Of a DNA stretch of 64,000 nucleotides, positions 42,321 to 50,835 are shown one piece after another. The DNA is from Phycisphaerales bacterium (GTDB taxonomy: Bacteria > Planctomycetota > Phycisphaerae > Phycisphaerales > JAGLTS01): positions 19,462 through 83,461 of the forward strand of contig JAGLTS010000013.1 in assembly GCA_023135165.1 (NCBI GenBank). Reading direction: 5' to 3'. The notes under the pieces are model-generated. The model did no database searches and had not been told where the DNA came from. It was given only the letters and a program-made list of their open reading frames with translations. Position 1 is the first letter of the stretch, and each line of letters opens with the position of its first letter. The translations under genes were made by a program, and so were the position numbers.

Positions 42321-44222
42321 ATGACACACCTCTTTCTCCGTGGGATCGCTGCGGCTGCGCTGCTGTCGAGCGTCGCCTGGGCACAGGATGACATCATCGG
42401 CTTCGACTCCGACCGATGGGATCTCGCTGAGGCTGACGTCGTGACGCACCTCGGCAGGACGTGCCTTGTCGGGAGCGCATATATCACGGATGCGGAATTC
42501 ACCAACGGTGTGATCGACGTCGATATCGCAGTCGACGGATCGCGGTCCTATCCGGGGATTGTCTTCCGCGTTCAGCCGGATGGGAACTGCGAGCGCTTCT
42601 ACATTCGGCCGCACCGGGCTGGGCTGTATCCCGATGCGCTGCAATACACACCTGTCTTCGGCGGTGTCGCCTGCTGGCAACTCCACCACGGCGACGGATT
42701 CACCGCTTCGGCCCGGTTCCCGATCGACCAGTGGTTCCATCTCAAGATGGAGATCTGCGGCACGCAGGCACGCGTGTTCATCAACGATGCAGACGAGCCC
42801 GCGCTGGTGATCCATGATCTCAAGCAAGGCCGCAGCACAGGCTCGGTCGGGCTGGTCGGGCCGAGGAACGGCACCGCATGGTTCTCGAACTTCCGCTACA
42901 CGGCCGATGATTCGCTTGAGTTCGACGACCCGCCGACGATTGTCGCGCCCGAGCATGTCATCACCGAGTGGGAGGTGTCGCGTGTCGTCAGCGCAAGCCG
43001 AGTCGATCCCGACCAGTACCCGCCGTTCTTCTTTGTGTTTGCAGCACAGTGGCAGCCGGTCGAAGCCGAGCCGACGGGTCTTGTCAACCTCTCCAAGCAC
43101 ATCCAGCGCACGGGGCAGGAGCCGGATTGCGTCTTCGCGCGAACGATCTTTCGCAGCGATGAGGAGCGCGACATCGAGTTGACGTTCGGCTACAGCGATG
43201 ATGTGACCATCTTCCTCAACGGCAAGAAGGTGTTCTCCGGCGCGAGTGCGTACCGGAGCAGGGATCCGTCGTTCCTCGGCATCGTCGGATGGAATGACGC
43301 GGTGCGTCTGCATCTGCGCAAAGGGCTGAACGAGATCCTGTTGACCGTGACCGAATCCTTCGGCGGGTGGGGATTCATGTGCAAGACGGATCGGGATTTG
43401 GCGCCGCCGATCAAGGAGCACAGTGTCGCTGCGAAGGTGTGGGAGACGCCCGATGTGTTCAAGATCCCCGAATCCGTGCTCTACGATCCGAAGCGCGATG
43501 TGCTGTATGTCAGCAGCTTCAACAAGGTGTACACGAGAGAGCCGCGGCTGGGGTTCATCTCCAGGGTCGGGCTGGATGGTGAGATCCTGGAAATAGAGTG
43601 GGTGACCGACCTGGATGGGCCGTGCGGCATGGGGATCCATGAAAACACGCTCTACGTCGTCGAGTGCAGCGGGAATCTCGTCGCGATCGACATCGAGGCT
43701 GGGCGGATTGCCCATCGCTATCCGATTGACGGCGTGACATTCCTCAACGATCTGGCGATCAACGACGACGGGTATGTGTACATCTCCGACACGACGCGGC
43801 CGCCGGAGGGTCGGGACATCATTCGATTCAAGGATGGCGAGTGGGAGGTCTGGAAGGACGGCTGGGCGATTCAGAGGGCGAACGGGCTATTCGTACACGG
43901 CGATCGGCTGCTCGTCGGAAGCACCGGCGACGGGATGCTCAAGTCGATCGACATGGTCGATGGGCGTGTGACGGAGATCGTAAGCCTCGGCGCAGGCGTG
44001 GTGGACGGAATCCGTGTGGACAACCAGGGCAACTACCTTGTATCGCACTGGGAAGGGCAGACGTACCGCATCTCACCTACCGGCGATGTCGTCGAGATCC
44101 TGGACACGCTCGGCGACGGGCTGAACAGCGCCGACTTTGAGTTCATCAAGGACAGGAACCTGCTCGTCATTCCGACGTTCCTCGGGAACAAGGTGGTCGC
44201 GTATCGACTCGACGAGGGTTGA
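42321..44222 (+). CDS. Secreted multidomain protein: DUF1080-like + beta-sandwich + SMP-30/gluconolactonase beta-propeller
   Basis: Signal peptide AWA-QDD; WFHLKMEI...FSNFRY; GYSDDVTIFLNG; PESVLYD, FLNDL, ANGL, VDGI, SADF. Confidence 0.75.
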   Translation: MTHLFLRGIAAAALLSSVAWAQDDIIGFDSDRWDLAEADVVTHLGRTCLVGSAYITDAEFTNGVIDVDIAVDGSRSYPGIVFRVQPDGNCERFYIRPHRAGLYPDALQYTPVFGGVACWQLHHGDGFTASARFPIDQWFHLKMEICGTQARVFINDADEPALVIHDLKQGRSTGSVGLVGPRNGTAWFSNFRYTADDSLEFDDPPTIVAPEHVITEWEVSRVVSASRVDPDQYPPFFFVFAAQWQPVEAEPTGLVNLSKHIQRTGQEPDCVFARTIFRSDEERDIELTFGYSDDVTIFLNGKKVFSGASAYRSRDPSFLGIVGWNDAVRLHLRKGLNEILLTVTESFGGWGFMCKTDRDLAPPIKEHSVAAKVWETPDVFKIPESVLYDPKRDVLYVSSFNKVYTREPRLGFISRVGLDGEILEIEWVTDLDGPCGMGIHENTLYVVECSGNLVAIDIEAGRIAHRYPIDGVTFLNDLAINDDGYVYISDTTRPPEGRDIIRFKDGEWEVWKDGWAIQRANGLFVHGDRLLVGSTGDGMLKSIDMVDGRVTEIVSLGAGVVDGIRVDNQGNYLVSHWEGQTYRISPTGDVVEILDTLGDGLNSADFEFIKDRNLLVIPTFLGNKVVAYRLDEG

Positions 44223-44347
44223 CGCGGGCGCCGCTCGCAATGCACTCCCCCGCCGGTCGCGGTGAAGCCGTCGCTTGATGTCCCTGCGCCGCCGGTGGTA
44301 TCCTCGCTTCCTCTCAGACAGCGACTCCGGCTGTGAAAGGAAGCAAC

Positions 44348-46123
44348 ATGGCGGCTGGCAACGGCGAGCGAGGACATTGGAAAACCAGGACCGGCTTCAT
44401 CCTCGCGGCGGCGGGGTCGGCGGTCGGCCTGGGAAATATCTGGAAGTTCCCGTACATCACCGGTGAGAACGGCGGCGGACTCTTCGTCCTCATCTACCTC
44501 GTCTGCATCGCGCTCGTCGGCGTCCCAATCATGATGTCCGAGATCATGATCGGCCGGGCGGCGCAGAAGCAACCTGTCGCCGCGTTCCATGCGCTCCAGG
44601 GCAAGAAAACCGCGTGGGCGGGCGTCGGCTGGTTCGGCGTCCTCGCGGGTTTTGTCATCCTCTCGTACTACATCGTCGTCGCCGGCTGGGCCATGGACTT
44701 CACGCTCAAGTCGGTCGCCAACTTCACCGAGCCGATCCACAAGACGGCGCAGGTCGAGGCGACCACGTACCGCGCGACGGAAGACATCGTCGACATGCGC
44801 GCGATGCTCGTCGACCGCTGGACCGATCGCGAATCGAAGGATGAAGTCGCGCTGATTCGACGAGAGGTCAAGCCGTCCGCGTGGGAGGCATACGATCGGT
44901 TCACCGCTGCAGTGGCAAGCGCGGGCAGCGGCGAGCACGCGAGCGCCGTTCTTCTCGAAGATGATGAGCTTCGGGAAGGTGTCGAAGAGGTGGAGGCGGT
45001 TCAGCCGAGAATCGAAACGGCCAAGACCGACTGTCGCCAAGCTGCGATCGATCACTACGCCACGTTCTCCGACAAGGAGATTCGCGATGAGGCCACGACG
45101 GTTATCCGTCGCAACTCGATTTACGACGCGGTGAATAGCGCATTCGGCGACGTGGCGAGCGACGGCTGGACGACCGTCTTCTGGGCGGCGATCTTCATGA
45201 TGGCGACGATCCTCATCGTTGCGGGCGGCGTCGGAGCCGGGATCGAGCGCACGTGCCGAGTGCTCATGCCGACGCTCTTCGTGCTCATCCTGGTGATGGT
45301 CGTCTACGGCGCGTTCAAGCCAGGGTTCGGCGAGGCGGTCTCATTCGTGTTCAAGCCCGACCCGCACAAACTCAAGGCCTCGGGCGTGCTCGAAGCGCTC
45401 GGGCATGCGTTCTTTACGCTTTCACTCGGTATGGGTGCGATGATCACCTACGGCTCATATCAAAAGTCCAAGGCCCACCTCGCCGGTCAGTCCGCGACAA
45501 TCGCCGTTCTCGATACGGGCATCGCGCTCTTGGCGTGCCTGATGATCTTCCCCATTACGTTCTCGTATGGGCAAGAGCCTGATGCGGGGCCTGGGCTTGT
45601 CTTCAAGAGCATGCCGCTCGCCTTCGCCGAGATCGGCAAGGGTGGAATGCTGCTCGCCATCATGTTCTTCGGCTTGGTCGTGTTCGCAGCGCTGACATCC
45701 GCCATCTCACTGCTCGAAGTCGTCGCATCGTATTTCATCGACGAACGAAACTGGCCTCGGCGAAGGGCAGCGTGGATTCTCGGCTGCGCGATCTTCCTCT
45801 TCGGCATCCCCTCCGCATTCTCCAACGATCCGGGCTTCGCGATGTCCGGGTGGGAGCCGAGTTTCGGCATCAACTTCTTCGACACGATGGACTATCTCGC
45901 GTCGAACTGGATGCTACCGCTCGGCGGGCTGTTCATCGCCGTCTACGCGGGCTGGTTCATGCCCAAGAAGATGCGCGATGCGGAGTTGCAGGGCATATCG
46001 CCGCTGCTTGTGATGGGTTGGTTCGTGCTGATCCGCTTCCTCGCGCCGGTGCTTGTCATCATCGTGCTCGCGCAGAAGGTCGGCATTCTTGATGCGGATG
46101 AGCTGCTGCACGGGCTGTTCTAA
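44348..46123 (+). CDS. Sodium-dependent transporter (NSS/SNF, LeuT fold) with a large loop insertion
   Basis: GSAVGLGNIWKFPY, GGGLF, SYYIVV, HAFFTLSLGMGAMITYGSY, AALTSAISLLE. Confidence 0.93.
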   Translation: MAAGNGERGHWKTRTGFILAAAGSAVGLGNIWKFPYITGENGGGLFVLIYLVCIALVGVPIMMSEIMIGRAAQKQPVAAFHALQGKKTAWAGVGWFGVLAGFVILSYYIVVAGWAMDFTLKSVANFTEPIHKTAQVEATTYRATEDIVDMRAMLVDRWTDRESKDEVALIRREVKPSAWEAYDRFTAAVASAGSGEHASAVLLEDDELREGVEEVEAVQPRIETAKTDCRQAAIDHYATFSDKEIRDEATTVIRRNSIYDAVNSAFGDVASDGWTTVFWAAIFMMATILIVAGGVGAGIERTCRVLMPTLFVLILVMVVYGAFKPGFGEAVSFVFKPDPHKLKASGVLEALGHAFFTLSLGMGAMITYGSYQKSKAHLAGQSATIAVLDTGIALLACLMIFPITFSYGQEPDAGPGLVFKSMPLAFAEIGKGGMLLAIMFFGLVVFAALTSAISLLEVVASYFIDERNWPRRRAAWILGCAIFLFGIPSAFSNDPGFAMSGWEPSFGINFFDTMDYLASNWMLPLGGLFIAVYAGWFMPKKMRDAELQGISPLLVMGWFVLIRFLAPVLVIIVLAQKVGILDADELLHGLF

Positions 46124-46143
46124 TCGGAAGGTGACGCCGCCGC

Positions 46144-46914
46144 ATGGAGAACACGCCGACGGAGGACAAGCCGGGCCGGGGCAAGCGTCGCAAGAGTGCC
46201 ACGGGTGATCCGTACGGCAGGCCGACGCTTCGGCTTCAGTCCACGACGCTGTGGGAGTACCCGAGCCAGGACTACGGCAGCACACAGCACGGCACAACGG
46301 GCTACGAAGGCGCGACGCCCGCATGGGTCATCTGGGATCTGCTCACGCGCTACACTCGGCCTGACGATCTGGTCGTCGATCCGATGGCGGGCGGCGGCAC
46401 GACGCTCGATGTCGCACGCGAGCTGGGCCGCAAGGCGCTCGCATACGACATCAATCCCGTGCGAGAGGATATCTTCCGCGCCGACGCGCGTGCGCTCCCG
46501 CTCGAAGACGCCAAGGCTGACTTCATATTCGTCGATCCACCCTATTCAACACACATCGAGTACTCCGACGATCCGAACTGCATCGGCAAGCTCGATGCGC
46601 GCAGCGATGCGTACTTCCAGGCGATGACGCAGGTGATTGCCGAGATCGACCGTGTCCTGCACGATCGGCGATACATGGCCATGTACGTGAGCGACTCATT
46701 CCGCAAGGGCAAGCCGTTTGTTCCGATCGGGTTCGAGTTGTTCGCGATGCTGCGGGAGCGTTTCGATCCGATCGACATCATCGCCGTCGTGCGAGGCAAT
46801 CGAAAGCTGAAGAAGCCGCACTGGCACAAAGAAGCGGTGAAAGGCAACTACTTCCTGCGCGGTTTCAACTACCTGTTCATCATGAAGAAGGACACATCAC
46901 AGCATTCGCGCTGA
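46144..46914 (+). CDS. Orphan amino-methyltransferase (N4/N6 DNA methylase / TRM11-like)
   Basis: VVDPMAGGGTT SAM-binding motif and catalytic DPPY. Confidence 0.8.
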   Translation: MENTPTEDKPGRGKRRKSATGDPYGRPTLRLQSTTLWEYPSQDYGSTQHGTTGYEGATPAWVIWDLLTRYTRPDDLVVDPMAGGGTTLDVARELGRKALAYDINPVREDIFRADARALPLEDAKADFIFVDPPYSTHIEYSDDPNCIGKLDARSDAYFQAMTQVIAEIDRVLHDRRYMAMYVSDSFRKGKPFVPIGFELFAMLRERFDPIDIIAVVRGNRKLKKPHWHKEAVKGNYFLRGFNYLFIMKKDTSQHSR

Positions 46915-47064
46915 CCGCTCCGCACGGACGTATGCCGTACGTTCCAAACGTAATGCAATACGCAACCAGCGCCGCCACGCAGCGCACCCTGCCAACCCGC
47001 GCCCGCACGCGCACACCCTCTTCTGCCTTTGTGCCTCTGCCACTTTGCCCCTTCCCCGCCCCAA

Positions 47065-47190
47065 TCAGTCCAGGGCCAAGCGGAACCCGAAGTAGTAGAA
47101 CCGGTTGACGGGGTTGATCCTGAAGCGGCCCGCACAACGCAGGCTGATCTCGATGTAGCTCCACGAGCCGCCGCGAAGAACACGCCGTGA
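47065..47190 (-). other. Putative DGR variable repeat (VR) at the 3' end of the kinase-FGE gene
   Basis: 15 of the 24 codons between TGG and GGG-TTC are NNC at positions where DGR templates typically carry AAC/GAC. Confidence 0.65.
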
Positions 47191-50100
47191 TTGATCGCCT
47201 CCTCTTGTCCATGCCGAGCCGTCAGTTGGCGCGCCGCTGTAACTGTCGTGCCAGACATCCTGACACCATTCCCACACGTTGCCGTGCATGTCGTGCAAAC
47301 CCCAGACATTCGGCTGCTTCGACGCCACCGGATGCGTCTTGTTACCTGAGTTGCCGTAGTACCACGCATAGCGGCTTAGGCTCCCATCGTCGTTGCCGAA
47401 GCAGAACCGCGTCGTCGTCCCCGCTCGGCACGCATACTCCCATTCCGCTTCCGTCGGCAAGCGGTACGTTCTGCCCTCCGAACGGCTGAGCTTCTCACAG
47501 AACGCCACCGCATCGTTCCAGGACACCGTCTCCACGGGGAGGTCGTCGCCCTTGAAATGGCTCGGGTTCGTTCCCATGACAGCGCGCCACTGCGCCTGCG
47601 TTACCTCCGTCACGCCCATGTGGAAGCCGGTGGTCAGCGTCACGCGGTGCTGCAGACCTTCGTCGTCATCGTGGCCTTCTTCATTGGACGGTGAACCCAT
47701 CATGAACGTGCCCGGCTCGATGTAGACCAGTTCCATGCCGATCGAGTTGGTGAACGCGTCGCCGCCGTCGGACTCCTCCTCTTCGACTTCCGCCTCCGTC
47801 TTGGTCACGCTGAAGGTGCCCGAGATACCCATCTCGACGACCTCCCACGTACCGGTGATCGTGTCGCCCTCCAGCGTACCTCGCATGATCGACGTTATGC
47901 CCTCTTCGGTGTCCGTCGCGGTGAACTCGCCGGTCGCCTCGTCGAACGTGATCTCGCCGAGATCGTCCGTCTCCGATTGGCCCATCATCTCGACCGTGCT
48001 CGTGCCGGTGATCGTTCCATCCTCTGCCACGCTGATCGACATCGTGAACGATGCGCTGTCCATCTCGGGAGGCAGGCCCATGGCCGACAGACCGCTGAGG
48101 GTCCCTTCCCACACGCCGTGGATCGGGCTTGTCGGGATGTACGCATCCTCATCCTCTGCGTCCTCATCCTCCTCTTCATCGTCGTCGGCGTGTTGAATCA
48201 GCAGTCCGTGCAACGAGGAAGTTGCCCGTTGCCAAGTATCTTGCGCGACGTTGAGGTTGCCGGACTCGAACTCATCCTGTGCCTGGGCGGCGCTGCTCTC
48301 AGCCTGTGCCACAGCATCTGCAATGTTCACATACAAAGAGCCCGCTGGTTTGCGGCCGAGTTCGGTAAGCCAGGCTTGGCGGGATTCCGATGCGGCTTTG
48401 TGTGCTTTGGCATGGCGCTGTAGCGGATCGGCGATGTTCACCACCGCTTGACGCCAACTGGACTCGGCATCCGGGAACGCGCCCGCATCGAACCGCTCCT
48501 GGGCTTCCGCTGCAAGAGCAATCGCAGACTCGGCGGCATCCCGCACATCGACAAACCAGACTGCTGGCAGCTCCCGTGAAGCCCATTGCTGGCGGGCTGT
48601 ATCGGCGGCTGTTGCTTGAGAGTTCATCTCACGGGCGCTCTGGAGCGAGGACAGTGCTTCGGACCACTTCGACTCAGCCGCTGGATACTCTTCACCTTCG
48701 GTGAATAGCCTGCCGGCCTCTAAGTTGAGTGCGCCTGCAGCATCCCTTGCACTGATGACACGTAGATTGCCCGGCAGCCAAGTGATTCCCTTGAGCGCAT
48801 CGTCATAGGCAGTTCTTGTCTCGTCAGCGGCGACAGCCTGCCCGCTCAATCTGATGGCTGCGTCGAGGTGGTCGATCGCCTCCTGGTACGCCAGTGCGGC
48901 GGCAGCGAAGTGATCGACCTGCTTGTTCTGCTCGGCAGATTCCATCGCACTGGATGCCAGGGAGAGGGCGCGGGTGATCGAATTGGAAGTGTCCTTGAAA
49001 CGCAGGCTCTCCACATCCAACTGCAATGCGTCAAGCTGCCGCTCCAGCGGGCGCAGACTTTCGGCGCTCGTGAATTGTGGCGTCACCACGGGCGTCGGCA
49101 GCGCGCCGCCCTGCCCCGGCTGCTGTGTGACCACCCACCATGTTACGACCGCTGCGATCGCGATGACGAGCACCGTTGATAACGCTGCGATGCGCCGACC
49201 TTTGTTGCGCCCCTTGCTGTGCGGGCGTGCATCGGGCCGGGACGGCCCGGCTCTGTGTGGGACGCTGCGCTCGCCCGCCAGCGCCGCTGCCAAGTCGCCC
49301 GCTGTGGCCGGTCGATCATCCGCATCCTTCGCCAAACCCGCGAGCAACGCATCATTCACGTGTGCAGGCTGATCCTCGATCGGCAGCACGGGGCGAGTGC
49401 GTATCTGATGACTGATGTCACCTGTCGTGAACGGCGGCTCACCCTTGATCGCTTCATACAGCGTCGCTGCGAGCGAGTAGATGTCGTTTGACGTGCTGTT
49501 GATTCCATCGATCTGCTGCGGACTCATGTAAGGCAGTGTGCCTGAGCTGTCGCGCCCCGTCACGCGCGTCATCGTGTCCTTGGCTTCACGCGCGATGCCG
49601 AAGTCCATGAGATATGCGCGGCTGTGGCGGCCATGCCTGCCGATCATGATGTTCGATGGCTTGATGTCGCGATGCAGTATGCGCTGTGCGTGTGCATGGT
49701 CGAGCGCCTCAGCGACCTGCTTCGCCCATGTCGTGACGCGCTTCAGCGGCAGACCTTCGGGATGATCGACAAGCACATCGTCGAGCGTCTTGCCTTGCAC
49801 GTACTGCATGACCAGAAAGGCGATGCCGCCGCGCGTGTGGTCCTGCTCGAAATTGATCAGGCGGACGATGTGCGGATGCGTCAGTTCCAGGCAGGTGGTA
49901 GCTTCCTTCTTGAGCCGAGCGATCGCGCGTGCGTTGGATGTCAGCGCGGTGGGCAACAGCTTCAGCGCGACCTCGCGGTCGTCGAGCGTCGTGTCATGCG
50001 CGAGCCAGACAACACCCATCCCGCCACGTCCGATCTCGCGCACGAGCCGGTAGCGCTTCGCGAGCATCTCGCCCGGCTCAACAGAGACAAGCGTGTCTTC

Positions 50101-50235
50101 ATACTCATCCGGAGCCCCACGACCCCCACCTTGAGCGGAGTCCGCCCGTGGCGGACCAACGGCGGACCCATCGCGCGGCGTTCCTTCACCTGATTCCAAC
50201 GTGTGATCGAACTCATCTGGCGCCGGTCCGGGCAT
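47065..50235 (-). CDS. Transmembrane Hanks-type Ser/Thr kinase with a helical stalk and C-terminal FGE-sulfatase (CLec-fold) domain
   Basis: IGRGGMGVVW, VALK, HRDIKPSN, DFG, GTLPYMSPQ; TM IAALSTVLVIAIAAVVTWWVV; FTNSIGM, YRLPTEAEWEYACRAG, DMHGNVWEWC, RGGSW...GFRL. Confidence 0.93.
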   Translation of the reverse strand: MPGPAPDEFDHTLESGEGTPRDGSAVGPPRADSAQGGGRGAPDEYEDTLVSVEPGEMLAKRYRLVREIGRGGMGVVWLAHDTTLDDREVALKLLPTALTSNARAIARLKKEATTCLELTHPHIVRLINFEQDHTRGGIAFLVMQYVQGKTLDDVLVDHPEGLPLKRVTTWAKQVAEALDHAHAQRILHRDIKPSNIMIGRHGRHSRAYLMDFGIAREAKDTMTRVTGRDSSGTLPYMSPQQIDGINSTSNDIYSLAATLYEAIKGEPPFTTGDISHQIRTRPVLPIEDQPAHVNDALLAGLAKDADDRPATAGDLAAALAGERSVPHRAGPSRPDARPHSKGRNKGRRIAALSTVLVIAIAAVVTWWVVTQQPGQGGALPTPVVTPQFTSAESLRPLERQLDALQLDVESLRFKDTSNSITRALSLASSAMESAEQNKQVDHFAAAALAYQEAIDHLDAAIRLSGQAVAADETRTAYDDALKGITWLPGNLRVISARDAAGALNLEAGRLFTEGEEYPAAESKWSEALSSLQSAREMNSQATAADTARQQWASRELPAVWFVDVRDAAESAIALAAEAQERFDAGAFPDAESSWRQAVVNIADPLQRHAKAHKAASESRQAWLTELGRKPAGSLYVNIADAVAQAESSAAQAQDEFESGNLNVAQDTWQRATSSLHGLLIQHADDDEEEDEDAEDEDAYIPTSPIHGVWEGTLSGLSAMGLPPEMDSASFTMSISVAEDGTITGTSTVEMMGQSETDDLGEITFDEATGEFTATDTEEGITSIMRGTLEGDTITGTWEVVEMGISGTFSVTKTEAEVEEEESDGGDAFTNSIGMELVYIEPGTFMMGSPSNEEGHDDDEGLQHRVTLTTGFHMGVTEVTQAQWRAVMGTNPSHFKGDDLPVETVSWNDAVAFCEKLSRSEGRTYRLPTEAEWEYACRAGTTTRFCFGNDDGSLSRYAWYYGNSGNKTHPVASKQPNVWGLHDMHGNVWEWCQDVWHDSYSGAPTDGSAWTRGGDQSRRVLRGGSWSYIEISLRCAGRFRINPVNRFYYFGFRLALD

Positions 50236-50418
50236 CGTCGTCCCCTTTCGTCGTCGCAGTCTACACAGCCCGCGCGACTCCACAACCCCCATATTTCCAT
50301 CGGCGATCATCCCCATTCCCTCACCCCCGCAGCGCCCGCACCATGCGCACCATCACCGGCATCGCGGTTCGTCGCCGCACACCCTCGCCAATGCGCGCGC
50401 GATGCCGAGCGAGCATCG

Positions 50419-50507
50419 AAATGACGCTCAAAACCGAACCAAAACGAGCTGAAACTGATCGAAAACGCTCCGAAACTCGCCAAAACTGGCTCAAACTCGC
50501 TCAAAAC
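50419..50507 (+). repeat. Helically phased A-tract array
   Basis: Eight (A)AAAC motifs ending at 50434, 50445, 50455, 50466, 50476, 50486, 50496, 50507 (mean spacing 10.4 bp), plus AAA at 50419-50421. Confidence 0.85.
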
Positions 50508-50835
50508 TCTAGTCCGATAACACGCTTTCGGCGATTCCGTGCGCACCGATCTGTCGTGAACCACCACAACCGGGGGGGGCGTGGGGGTGGTGCGCGATGG
50601 ATGCACCCACGCTGCGGCGCGCATCGGCGCTGCGGTGATGACGCGACGGTTGGCCTGTATCGTGGCGAATTCGGAGAGGTGATTGATCGGCCCACTACCA
50701 CCGCAGAGACTCGGCATCGGCACCGCGTACGCCGCTGCTGCGATCCTTCATCCGCGCCACACCACTGCCGATCCGTCTCCATCCAACCGTGCATTATCAA
50801 TACAGGAGTCAATAAACGTGGGAAGCGCGCCGGGG

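Noticed and set aside
50419-50507. CRISPR array or simple VNTR
   Set aside because: Units are only about 10 bp, with no 23-47 bp repeats, spacers or cas genes; kept as a phased A-tract array
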